Assembly (NCBI GenBank): GCA_047602405.1
Contig: JASGHJ010000001.1
Span: 2,144,001-2,208,000 of the forward strand
DNA from: Anaeromyxobacteraceae bacterium
GTDB lineage: Bacteria > Myxococcota > Myxococcia > Myxococcales > Anaeromyxobacteraceae
Direction: 5' to 3'
DNA: 64,000 nt
Part shown: positions 1 to 10,459 of the stretch, one piece after another
Layout of the letters: the number at the start of each line of letters is the position of its first letter
Position numbering within the stretch: position 1 is the first letter of the stretch
Notes under the pieces: model-generated
What the model saw: the letters and a program-made list of their open reading frames with translations, nothing else
Database searches by the model: none
Told to the model about the DNA's origin: nothing
Made by a program: the position numbers and the translations under genes

Positions 1-648
1 GCCGTCGAGGAGGAGCAGCGCGAGCGGCAGCGTGACGAGCGTCGGCTTCGCGAGCAGGGACGCCGCGTATGCCGCGGCGACCGCGGCGTACCGGCCCGCC
101 GACGGGCGCTCCACGTGGCGCGCCCAGAGGAGGAGCGCCGCTGCGCCGAGCGCGATCGAGAGCACGTCCTTCCGCTCGGAGATCCACGCGACCGACTCGA
201 CGCGGAGCGGGTGGAGCGCGACGAGCGCGGTCGCGAGCGCCGCGGGCCAGGGGTCGCGCGTCAGGCGCGCGAGCGCGAGGAACAGGAGCGCGGCCGCGAG
301 CGCGTGCCAGAGCGCGTTCTCGAGCAGCATGGGCCCGGGCCGGAGCCCGCCGAGCAGGGACACGTCGGCGAGGTAGGAGAGCCAGGTGAGCGGGTGCCAG
401 TTTGCGCAGCGCAGCGTCGTGAACGCCCAGGCGATCGACTCCGCGCCGAGCCCGCCCCGGACGTGCGGGTTGTCGGTGAGGTAGCAGCCGTCGTCGAAGC
501 GGACGAGGTCGTGCGAGGAGACCCCGAGGTAGGGCGCGAAGGCCGCGACGGCGAGCGCGGCCGCGAGCGCGAGGGTGCGCGGGCCGGGCCGCGCGGCGGC
601 CTTCGGCTGGCCGGGCGGAGCGGTCCGCGGCGGCCTCGCCCGCGCCAT
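1..648 (-). CDS. TMTC-like GT-C membrane glycosyltransferase (5' part only; runs off the window)
   Basis: ATG at 648 overlaps the gspN stop (ATGA). Manual translation gives FDDGCYLTDNPHV, NWHPLTWLSY, LHPLRVESVAWISERKDVL and LLAKPTLVTLP, motifs typical of TMTC-like GT-C/TPR proteins. Confidence 0.75.
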   Translation of the reverse strand, partial: MARARPPRTAPPGQPKAAARPGPRTLALAAALAVAAFAPYLGVSSHDLVRFDDGCYLTDNPHVRGGLGAESIAWAFTTLRCANWHPLTWLSYLADVSLLGGLRPGPMLLENALWHALAAALLFLALARLTRDPWPAALATALVALHPLRVESVAWISERKDVLSIALGAAALLLWARHVERPSAGRYAAVAAAYAASLLAKPTLVTLPLALLLLDG

Positions 649-1565
649 CAGCGCGCGGGCCGCGCCGCGGGACGGGCGAGGCTGCCGGACAGCTGGTAGA
701 CGTACGCGTCGCCGGACTTCGCGCCGGCCATGGCCGCCTCGGCGAGGCCCCGCAGCCCCGCCATGTTGCCCTGCGCCCAGAACGCGTCGCGGATCCTGAG
801 GCGCGCCCGGCCGGAGATGGGCGAGTCCTTCAGGCGCGGCTGCACCACGAGGAAGAGGTCCTCGGCGGAGGCCTCGGCGTCGCCGCCCTTCGCCTCGAGC
901 TTCTGGAAGGTGGCCTTGCCCTGGTCGATCTTCACGTCGGCGACCACGTCGCCGAGCGAGAGCTTCGGCACCGGGATGCCACCCTCCATCCCCGGCACCG
1001 GCACCTTGCCGCCGGAGACCCCGGCGCCGGTGACCTTCGCGTCGGCGCGCCCGCCGAGCTTGCCCTGGGGCGTCGCCGGCACCACGAGGTCGGCCTCCCC
1101 GGTGAGCTTGCCCACGAGGTCGAGCCCGGACGCGCGCCGGAGCGGGATCGCCCGGGCGAGGTCGAGCCCCTCGAGCGAGACGGCGACCGCGCGCTCGTCG
1201 CCGGAGACGTCGGCGGTGCCCCGCACCCGCCCGTCCCAGAGTTCCACGTCGAAGGCCACCGAGCGGCGGCCGCCGAGGAGCGGCAGGACGCGCAGCGCGA
1301 CGCTCGCCGAGTCGACGGGGAACTTGAGGCCGGTGCCGTCGTCGACGGTGATGCCCTCGGCGCGCACGCCGAGGAGCCCGCCGCCGAGCCCGGCCTTCTG
1401 CACGCTCACCGCGTAGCCGCGGGCGGCGGCCTCGGCGACGATGCGCTCCCGGAGCGCGTCGGAGGGGAAGGTCCAGCGCAGCGCGAGCACGAAGGCGACG
1501 ACGGCGAAGGCCCCGTAGCCGAGGCGGACGCGCCAGACGTTCCAGTCGAGGTTCGGGCGGGCCAT
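648..1565 (-). CDS. gspN: type II secretion protein GspN
   Basis: N-terminal TM followed by TFP.DAL, beta-rich periplasmic part ending LSGSLARP; last gene of the gsp series. Confidence 0.8.
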   Translation of the reverse strand: MARPNLDWNVWRVRLGYGAFAVVAFVLALRWTFPSDALRERIVAEAAARGYAVSVQKAGLGGGLLGVRAEGITVDDGTGLKFPVDSASVALRVLPLLGGRRSVAFDVELWDGRVRGTADVSGDERAVAVSLEGLDLARAIPLRRASGLDLVGKLTGEADLVVPATPQGKLGGRADAKVTGAGVSGGKVPVPGMEGGIPVPKLSLGDVVADVKIDQGKATFQKLEAKGGDAEASAEDLFLVVQPRLKDSPISGRARLRIRDAFWAQGNMAGLRGLAEAAMAGAKSGDAYVYQLSGSLARPAARPAR

Positions 1566-2143
1566 GTCGGTCGGGGTCTCGCTGAGCTCTTCAGCTGGTA
1601 GGTGGAGACGACGAGGGTCGCGTCCACGAGCATCGGGTCGTCGGTGCGCGTCGAGAGGCGGATCCGCCGGACCTTCACGACCCCGGCCGTCCGCTCCAGG
1701 TTCTGGAGGAGCGCGGAGAGCTTCTGGAGGTCGATGCGGGCGAGGTTCACCTCGACCGACTCCTCGCGCAGGCCGTCCACCTCGGTGGGGGCCCCCGTGG
1801 GCCTGAGGTCGTTCACCTCGACCCCGAGCGCGGCGCCCGCCTGGGCGACGTGGGTCATGAGCGCGACCGGCTGGGCGCGCAGGCGCGCCTCGACGGCGCC
1901 GCGCTCGGCCTGCCGCTGCCGGTAACCGTCGGCGAGCTTGCCGAACTGGGCGAGCACCCGCGACTTGGCCTCGATGCGGTCGGTGCGCGCGCGCATCGCG
2001 TTGCCGTAGGTGAGGGACACGAGCCAGACCGTGAAGATGGCGACGGCGGCGGCCGCCGCGGTGACCATCAGGCGCTCGCGCGGCGAGAGGGCGGACAGCC
2101 AGCTCTCGAGCGCGGCGCGCAGCCTGCGGAGGCGCTCCATCAT
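1406..2143 (-). CDS. gspM: type II secretion protein GspM (expected end ~1583; reads through into gspN)
   Basis: MMERLRRLR...LSPRERLMV, TM, coiled coil and ferredoxin-like C-terminus; ATG overlaps the gspL stop. Confidence 0.8.
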   Translation of the reverse strand: MMERLRRLRAALESWLSALSPRERLMVTAAAAAVAIFTVWLVSLTYGNAMRARTDRIEAKSRVLAQFGKLADGYRQRQAERGAVEARLRAQPVALMTHVAQAGAALGVEVNDLRPTGAPTEVDGLREESVEVNLARIDLQKLSALLQNLERTAGVVKVRRIRLSTRTDDPMLVDATLVVSTYQLKSSARPRPTWPARTSTGTSGASASATGPSPSSPSCSRCAGPSPPTRSGSASSPRPPPAATR

Positions 2144-3771
2144 GGCTTCTTCTCCTCCGGGCCGCCCTCGAGGCAGGTCAGGCTCGAGTCGATCGAGAAC
2201 TCGAACTTCGAGTCGGAGCCGCGGCGGCGGGCCCCGCCGGAGCGGGCGTCGCCGAAGCAGCGCGACGACTGCAGCGCCGCGACGAGCTTGTCGACGCCCT
2301 CGGCGGCGTCGGTGGTGCCCTGCAGGTGGAGCTTCTCGCGGGTGATCTCGACGCGGTCGAAGCGCACCGGGACGGTGTCCGGCACCTTCGCCGAGAGCTC
2401 GGCGAGGATCTCGACGGCCGCGACCTTGGGCAGCGCCGCCGAGGGCGAGCCGCGGCCCTTCAGCACCGACTGCGCCTGCTCCCAGTCGTCGTAGCACTTG
2501 CCGAGCAGGCTCTGCTCGGCGTCGCAGAGCGCGCGGTCGACCACCGCCTCGCGGCGGGCGAGCGCGAACGCCTCCACCGCCGAGCCGGCGACCCACAGGA
2601 GCGCGACGAGGCTCGCCCACGCGGCGAGCTTCAGCACCTTGCCGCGCACGTGCTCGAAGTCGCGCGTGAAGGCGAGGTCGCCGCGGCGCAGGTTGGTGCG
2701 CCCGGCCTTCGCCCCGAGGAGGCCCCGGAGCGCGAGGGCGAGCGCGAGCGCGTGCGTGCCGGCGGCCGGCCCGAGCGCCTCGGCGGGGCCGGCGAGCTCG
2801 AGGGGCGCGACCGGGCCGTCGGCCTCGGGCACGAGGAGCTCGGCGAGGCCGGGGAGCCGGCCGGCCTCGCCGGCGAGCAGGATGCGGCGGGCGGGGCGGG
2901 CCCCGGCCCGGGCGCGCCAGGCCCGGAGCGTGGCGCGGAGCTCGCGGACGAGCGGGACGAGCGCGCGGCGCACCGCCTCCGCGGCGCGGGGATCCTTCGC
3001 CGCGGCGTCGAGCGCGAGCGGCACGCGCTCGCCGCGCGCCTCGGCGGAGAGGATCGCGGCGCCGTCGGCCGGCGCGAGGCCGAGCTCGGCGGCGAGCGCG
3101 CGGGCGAGGTGGGCGCCGCCGAACGGGAACGTGCGGGCGGCCTCGAGGCCGTCGGCCGTGCCGACCGAGACGGTGGTCCGCTCCGCGCCGACGTCGAGCA
3201 CCACGTCGGCCCCGGCGGGCTCGCCGGGCTCGGCCCCGGAGCCGCCGAGGAGCGTGGGCACCGCGCCGGCGGCGAGGAGGCCCTGGAGCGCGGGGCCCGC
3301 GGGCACGACCGCGCGGGGATCGACCCCGGCGGCCTGCAGCGCCGCGAGGAGCCCCGCGAGCTCCCCCTTCTTCACCACCGAGACGAGGAGCTCGGTCTTC
3401 CCGTCGCGCGTGCCGAGCGGCTGCCAGTCCCAGGCGACGTCGGCGAGGTCGAACGGGATGAGCCCCTCGACCTCGAAGCCGATCGCCTCGGCGATGCGGC
3501 GGGAGTCGGTGAAGGGCAGGGTCACCTGGTGCGACGAGACCGCGGCGCCGGGGAAGGCCACCACCGCCGTGTCGAACTTCCAGGCCTCCCCCGCGAGGAG
3601 GGCCTGCACCGCCGCGCCGAGCCGCGCGGGGTGGTCGGGGCCGCCCTCCGTCGCGGGGGCGACGGGCGCGCTGCCGTGGTCGACGAGCGTCCAGCCGCGG
3701 TAGGCGCTCTCGAGGAGCACCCCCTTCACCGCGGCCACGCCGAGGTCGAGCCCGAGGATCCGCTGGGCCAT
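2140..3771 (-). CDS. gspL: type II secretion protein GspL (PilM-like actin fold + TM + periplasmic domain)
   Basis: RILGLDLG..VK start, FEVEGLIPFDL and LDVGAERT motifs, TM near the C-terminal third; operon position. Confidence 0.85.
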   Translation of the reverse strand: MAQRILGLDLGVAAVKGVLLESAYRGWTLVDHGSAPVAPATEGGPDHPARLGAAVQALLAGEAWKFDTAVVAFPGAAVSSHQVTLPFTDSRRIAEAIGFEVEGLIPFDLADVAWDWQPLGTRDGKTELLVSVVKKGELAGLLAALQAAGVDPRAVVPAGPALQGLLAAGAVPTLLGGSGAEPGEPAGADVVLDVGAERTTVSVGTADGLEAARTFPFGGAHLARALAAELGLAPADGAAILSAEARGERVPLALDAAAKDPRAAEAVRRALVPLVRELRATLRAWRARAGARPARRILLAGEAGRLPGLAELLVPEADGPVAPLELAGPAEALGPAAGTHALALALALRGLLGAKAGRTNLRRGDLAFTRDFEHVRGKVLKLAAWASLVALLWVAGSAVEAFALARREAVVDRALCDAEQSLLGKCYDDWEQAQSVLKGRGSPSAALPKVAAVEILAELSAKVPDTVPVRFDRVEITREKLHLQGTTDAAEGVDKLVAALQSSRCFGDARSGGARRRGSDSKFEFSIDSSLTCLEGGPEEKKP

Positions 3772-3772
3772 C

Positions 3773-5098
3773 TCACTCCTCCCGCCAGCGGAGGACCCGG
3801 CCCACGCTCGTGCCGTCTGCGACGGAGGCGGTGGTGGTGGTGCCGGTGGTCGTCTCGCTGCGGTTCTGGTTGGGGTCGAAGGTCACGACGACGTCGAGGG
3901 TCCGGTTCACCTGGCCGGCGGAGCCGACGGAGCGGATCCGGTACACGTAGGAGCGGTCGGTGAGCGGGTTCCGGGGGCTGTTGGGCGTGGTGAGGTCGGA
4001 GGAGACCTGCACGCCGAGGGCCTGGAGGGTCGCGGCGAACGCGGCGGGGCTGAAGCCGAGGACGCCGCCGAGCGTCTGATCCATCACGGCCTTCTGCAGG
4101 CGCGTGCGGAACTCGGGGTCGTAGAGCACCGCCTGGCCGGGCGGGTAGGCGACCGCCTTCGCGAGCTCGACCAGGCCGGAGGGGTTCCTGGGGTCGAGCG
4201 TGCGCTTCGCGTCCTTCGGGAGGTAGACCGTGAGCTGCTCGCCGAAGACGGCGCCGACCGCGTCGGAGAAGCCCTGCACGAGGTAGAGCTCGTCGGGCGA
4301 GTCGAAGCGCGAGTTCTTCGTCTTGTAGCGCTCGTCGGTGGGGCCCACGTCGTAGGCGTAGTTCTCGTCGCCGAAGCCGTTCTGGAAGGGCGGGCTCGCG
4401 ACCTCGATGTTGCAGGTGCCGCCCGGGAACCCGGCCTGGAGCGTCGAGGTGGTGCGGTCGTCGTCGACCCAGTCGCGCAGGTTGACGATGAGCTCCTGCC
4501 GCGTGGTCTTCCGGCCGCGCGCGTCCTCGCGATCGAAGATGGGGTCCCAGCGCGGGTCGCAGACGAGCTGGTAGAGCCCGATCACCGCGGGCTTCAGCTG
4601 GCCGCCGCTCTCGAGCATGTCGAGCTGGGCGTTCACCTTCGCGCCCTCGTCGTCGACCGTCGCCTCGAAGGCGCCGTCGAAGTCGCCGAACTTGCGCACG
4701 ACCGGGCCCTCGCGCGGGTCGCCCTCGTGGCGGGCCGGCTCCGCCTTCCCGCCGCCGAAGAGGCCGGTCACGAGCCCGGAGCTGATGGGCACGAGCGACC
4801 AGATGCGGATGTTGAGGTTGAGGCCCTGCGCGCCGGCGGCGCCGGCCGCGGCGCCCGCCGCCCCGCCGGCCGCGCCGGTGGTGGCGTCGATCTGCTGCTG
4901 GAAGGCGAGCACCAGCCGCGAGGTGGCGACGCCGCTCTTCGCGAGCCAGGTCGCGCGCAGCTCGTCGCGGGCGTCGCCCGCGAGCTGGAGCCGGACCCGC
5001 GAGGCGTAGGCGAGCTGGGCCGCGAGCGCGGTGAGCACCGCCACCGCGACGATGACGATCAGCAAGGCCATTCCGCGCTGTGGTCCCCGGGCGCGCAT
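3773..5098 (-). CDS. gspK: minor pseudopilin GspK
   Basis: RG/MALLIV prepilin-like N-terminus; DEGAKVN, LRDWVDDD and KNSRFDSPDELYLVQG motifs. Confidence 0.9.
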   Translation of the reverse strand: MRARGPQRGMALLIVIVAVAVLTALAAQLAYASRVRLQLAGDARDELRATWLAKSGVATSRLVLAFQQQIDATTGAAGGAAGAAAGAAGAQGLNLNIRIWSLVPISSGLVTGLFGGGKAEPARHEGDPREGPVVRKFGDFDGAFEATVDDEGAKVNAQLDMLESGGQLKPAVIGLYQLVCDPRWDPIFDREDARGRKTTRQELIVNLRDWVDDDRTTSTLQAGFPGGTCNIEVASPPFQNGFGDENYAYDVGPTDERYKTKNSRFDSPDELYLVQGFSDAVGAVFGEQLTVYLPKDAKRTLDPRNPSGLVELAKAVAYPPGQAVLYDPEFRTRLQKAVMDQTLGGVLGFSPAAFAATLQALGVQVSSDLTTPNSPRNPLTDRSYVYRIRSVGSAGQVNRTLDVVVTFDPNQNRSETTTGTTTTASVADGTSVGRVLRWREE

Positions 5099-5745
5099 CA
5101 GAAGTCCAGCGGCCGCGTCACCGCGATCCGCGCCTCCGTCACGAACTTCTCCCTGCGGCCGTCGCCGAGCACGGTCTCGAGCTCGATCTCCACCCGCGAC
5201 GGCAGGTCCGAGGCGTGCTCGGTCGACTTCGTCGACCACTCGCGCACCCAGTCGTTCTTCTTCGGGTCCCAGTAGCGGAACCGGAGCGAGGCCACGTGGC
5301 CGGCGACCGCGTCCCTGCGGCCACCGCGGTCGGGCTCGGTGTCGATCCGGACCTTCTCGCGCCGGAAGAGGGCCTTCGCGTTCCGGTCCTTCGGGTCGTC
5401 GTCGAGGCCGTACTCGACCACCATCTGGTCGGACTCGCGCGCGTCGAGCCAGAGCCGCTCGTGCGCCATCGTCGCGAAGAGGAGCGTCTCGTCCTTGCCG
5501 ACGAAGACCGTCGGCCGCTCGCGCAGCTGGTTGCGGTCGTAGTGGTCGGAGACGAACGCCATCGAGAGCTCGCGCGCCATGCGGGTGAGCGCGGTGCGCG
5601 AGGCGCCGTAGCGGTCGCCCTGCTCCTCGACGGCGCGGGTGGCGCGGTCGACCGAGCTGAAGGTGCCCACCACGAGCCCGCCGATGGCGGCCGTGATGGC
5701 CATCGCCACCATGAGCTCCATGAGGGTGAAGCCGCGCTGCTTCAC
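5098..5745 (-). CDS. gspJ: minor pseudopilin GspJ
   Basis: GTG start, QRGFTLMELMVAM N-methylation motif, C-terminal W..W...LPSRVEIEL. Confidence 0.85.
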   Translation of the reverse strand: MKQRGFTLMELMVAMAITAAIGGLVVGTFSSVDRATRAVEEQGDRYGASRTALTRMARELSMAFVSDHYDRNQLRERPTVFVGKDETLLFATMAHERLWLDARESDQMVVEYGLDDDPKDRNAKALFRREKVRIDTEPDRGGRRDAVAGHVASLRFRYWDPKKNDWVREWSTKSTEHASDLPSRVEIELETVLGDGRREKFVTEARIAVTRPLDF

Positions 5746-6383
5746 TTGGGCAACCCCTGCGGCGCGAGGACGACGAGGTGGGTGACGACGGTGAACGAGC
5801 CGTCGACCTTGCCGTCCGGCCAGCTCACGGTGAGCCGGAGCTCGCGGACGCCCTTCTTGATGGTCTCGCCGAAGCGGAGGAGCTGGGTGTCGAGCATCGG
5901 TCCGAACAGCGCCGCGCGGGGGTCGACCGTGGTGGGGCCGCCGCCCTGCGGCTTCGTGACGTCGCCGAGGAGGGCCTGCATGTCGGAGGAGCCGGTGAGC
6001 ATCTCCAGGATCTTCTGGCTGGAGAGGTCCACCTGGGGCTTCATCACCTCGGTCTTCCACTTCACCTCGGCGTGGCCCTGGTCCTCGAACGTGCCGTCCT
6101 CGGCGTCGTCGAAGTCCTTGAAGCCGGTCCGCTCGTAGCGCTCCTCGAGCTCCACCATCTTGCCGCGCGCGAGCAGGGTCGCGACGTCGAGCTTCTGCGC
6201 GCGCACCTCGTTGCGGAGCGAGGCGGAGACGATCTGCGAGATGGTGAGGAGCGCCGCCGCGAGGATCGCGAGCGCGACCATGACCTCCAGCAACGTGAAG
6301 CCTGCCTTTCGGAGGGGGGCTCGGCGCCCCCCTCCCCGCGGAGCGGAGCTCCGCGGGTCCCCACCCCGGCAGCACGCCCGCAT
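5742..6383 (-). CDS. gspI: minor pseudopilin GspI (long leader containing a repeat element)
   Basis: AGFTLLEVMVALAIL motif; ATG coupled to the gspH stop. Confidence 0.8.
   Translation of the reverse strand: MRACCRGGDPRSSAPRGGGRRAPLRKAGFTLLEVMVALAILAAALLTISQIVSASLRNEVRAQKLDVATLLARGKMVELEERYERTGFKDFDDAEDGTFEDQGHAEVKWKTEVMKPQVDLSSQKILEMLTGSSDMQALLGDVTKPQGGGPTTVDPRAALFGPMLDTQLLRFGETIKKGVRELRLTVSWPDGKVDGSFTVVTHLVVLAPQGLPK
6311..6375. repeat. double-hairpin dispersed repeat, copy A (inside the gspI leader)
   Basis: GGAGGGGGGC-tcggc-GCCCCCCTCC, then CCCGCGGAGC-gga-GCTCCGCGGG, then CCCCACCCCGGCAGCA; matches 15912-15974. Confidence 0.75.
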
Positions 6384-6964
6384 CACGGCTTCACCTCGCC
6401 CACGACCACCGAGGCGCGGCCGGTGAACGGCTCGAGCACGACGGTGTACCTGAAGTTGCCGTCGACGACCGGGACCTTCGCGGCCTGCGCCCGCCCGCCC
6501 GGGAAGAAGTAGACGTACGCCGAGCCCTTCTCGAACGGATCGTGCCGGCCCTCCACCTCCACCGGGCCGAACTTCGCCCCGCCGGGCAGCTCGCGCTTCG
6601 TGACGAGCCGGTCCCCGAGCTCCCCGTACTTGCTCTTCGCGAGCACCGCCCGGACCTGCTCGTCCTTCTCGTCCGGGAAGCGCTCGACGAGGTCCTCCTT
6701 GCCGTCGGCGGAGACGCCCGCGCGGCCGGGGGCGCACTCGGCGCGCCAGGTGCTCTTGTCGAGGTCGAGCACGAGCCGGCAGGTCGCGTGGCGCAGGCCG
6801 GCGATCTCGAAGAGCGCACGCATGGAGCCGGCGAGCTCGCCCGCCGACCTCCGGGCGTTCGCGCCGGTGAGCGAGGCCATGGCGGGCACGACGAGCAGGG
6901 CGGCGGAGCCGATGACGGCCATCACCACCATGAGCTCGACGAGCGTGAACCCGCGACGTGCCAA
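6383..6964 (-). CDS. gspH: minor pseudopilin GspH
   Basis: TTG start, RRGFTLVELMVVM, C-terminal YFFPGG and EPFTGR. Confidence 0.85.
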   Translation of the reverse strand: MARRGFTLVELMVVMAVIGSAALLVVPAMASLTGANARRSAGELAGSMRALFEIAGLRHATCRLVLDLDKSTWRAECAPGRAGVSADGKEDLVERFPDEKDEQVRAVLAKSKYGELGDRLVTKRELPGGAKFGPVEVEGRHDPFEKGSAYVYFFPGGRAQAAKVPVVDGNFRYTVVLEPFTGRASVVVGEVKP

Positions 6965-6988
6965 GACCGTGCCCCGTCCCTTCCCGAC

Positions 6989-7402
6989 TCAGTAGTTGAC
7001 GATGTCGTCCTGCGTGCCGGGTTGGCCGTCCGGGCCGGCGCTCTTCACGTCGTAGCCGTCCGCGTTCTTCTGGCCGGGGTACAGGTAGACGTACTCCTTG
7101 CCCCACGGGTCGGTCATCGAGCCCTTGTCGTTGTTGGCCTTGAGGAACCCGTCCTTGATCAGGATCCCGAGGCCCTCCTCGGTGGTGGGGAAGCGGCCCT
7201 TCATCACCTTGAAGGCGTCGACGCCCTGGGAGGCGATGTTCTGCACGTCGGACTTCGCGCGCTCGAGGTTGGCCTTCTCGCGCGCCTGCACGACGTTGAC
7301 GCCGACGGCCGTGGCGATGAGCCCGAGGATCACGAGCACGACCATGATCTCGATGAGGGTCATGCCGCGCTGCTGGGCGCGGACGAGCTTCTGGAAGTTC
7401 AC
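6989..7402 (-). CDS. gspG: major pseudopilin GspG
   Basis: GTG start, RGMTLIEIMVVLVILG, FPTTEEGL, DPWGKEYVY, SAGPDGQPGTQDDI. Confidence 0.95.
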   Translation of the reverse strand: MNFQKLVRAQQRGMTLIEIMVVLVILGLIATAVGVNVVQAREKANLERAKSDVQNIASQGVDAFKVMKGRFPTTEEGLGILIKDGFLKANNDKGSMTDPWGKEYVYLYPGQKNADGYDVKSAGPDGQPGTQDDIVNY

Positions 7403-7404
7403 GG

Positions 7405-8631
7405 CTATCCTCCGGCGAGGCTGTTGATCTGCAGGATGGGCATGAGGACGGAGAAGACGATGAAGGCGACCACCGCGCCCATCGTCACGATGAGGAGCGG
7501 CTCGAGCAGCGAGGTGAGCGCGGAGATGGTCGTGTCGACCTGCTGCTCGTAGGCGTCGGCGACGTTGCCGAGCATCTCCTCGAGGGCGCCGGAGCGCTCG
7601 CCGATCGCCACCATGTGGTGCACGAGCGGCGGGAACTCCCCGGAGCGCTTCAGCGGGGCGGCGATCGACTCGCCCTCGCGGATGGCGTCGCGGGCCTGCT
7701 CCACCACCTCGGCGAGGCGGCTGTTCCCGACGACGTTCTTCACGATGTCCATCGCGGTGAGGAGCGGGACGCCGGAGCGGAGCAGGGTCGAGAGCGTACG
7801 GGCGAACCGCCCGAGCGCGACCTGCCGCACGATCGAGCCGAAGATCGGCGCGCGGAGCACGAACCGGTCCCAGCGGGCGATCCCCTCCGGCGTCTTCTTC
7901 CACCGCAGGAACGCGTAGAGCCCGAGCCCCGCCGCGATGAACACCGCCCACCAGTAGCTCGCCATGAACTGCGAGAAGGCGATGAGCACCCGCGAGTACC
8001 AGGGCAGCACCACGTTCATGGAGTCGAAGATCCGGGTGATCTTCGGCACCACCACCGTGAAGAGCACGCCCATGATGATCGTGCCGATCACCATCATCGC
8101 GGCCGGGTAGGCCATGGTGCCGGCGATCTTGGAGCGGAGCTTCGCCTGGCTCTCGGTGAAGTCGGCGAGCCGCACGAGCACGATCTCGAGCGCGCCCGAG
8201 GTCTCGCCCGCCCGGATCATGTTGACGTAGAGGGTCGAGAAGATCTTGGGGTGCGCGGCGAGGGCGTCGGCGAGCGAGGCGCCCTCGTTCACCTTCTGCT
8301 TCACGTCGCCGAGGGTGCGCTTGAGCCGCTCGTGCTCGACCTGCTCGACGAGCGCGGTGAGCGCGTCCACCAGCGGCACGCCGGCGCGGGTGAGCACCGC
8401 GAGCTGGCGGGTGGCGATGGCGAGGTCGCGCGGGCCGACCCGGCGGATGAGCCGGCGCACCGAGACCTCGCGCCGCTGCTGGGCCTGCTGCTGCTGCTCG
8501 CCGAGCACCTCGGTGAGGAACACGCCGTCGCGGCGGAGCGCGGCGCGCAGGGTCCGCGGCGAGTCCGCCTCGCGCAGCCCCTGCACCGACTTGCCCGCCC
8601 CGTCGAGCGCCCTGTACTGGAAGACCGGCAT
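7405..8631 (-). CDS. gspF: T2SS inner membrane platform protein GspF
   Basis: MPVFQYRALD, AGETSGAL, FARTLSTLLRSGVP, IGERSGAL; three TMs. Confidence 0.95.
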   Translation of the reverse strand: MPVFQYRALDGAGKSVQGLREADSPRTLRAALRRDGVFLTEVLGEQQQQAQQRREVSVRRLIRRVGPRDLAIATRQLAVLTRAGVPLVDALTALVEQVEHERLKRTLGDVKQKVNEGASLADALAAHPKIFSTLYVNMIRAGETSGALEIVLVRLADFTESQAKLRSKIAGTMAYPAAMMVIGTIIMGVLFTVVVPKITRIFDSMNVVLPWYSRVLIAFSQFMASYWWAVFIAAGLGLYAFLRWKKTPEGIARWDRFVLRAPIFGSIVRQVALGRFARTLSTLLRSGVPLLTAMDIVKNVVGNSRLAEVVEQARDAIREGESIAAPLKRSGEFPPLVHHMVAIGERSGALEEMLGNVADAYEQQVDTTISALTSLLEPLLIVTMGAVVAFIVFSVLMPILQINSLAGG

Positions 8632-10458
<1,827 letters not shown>

Positions 10459-10459
10459 G

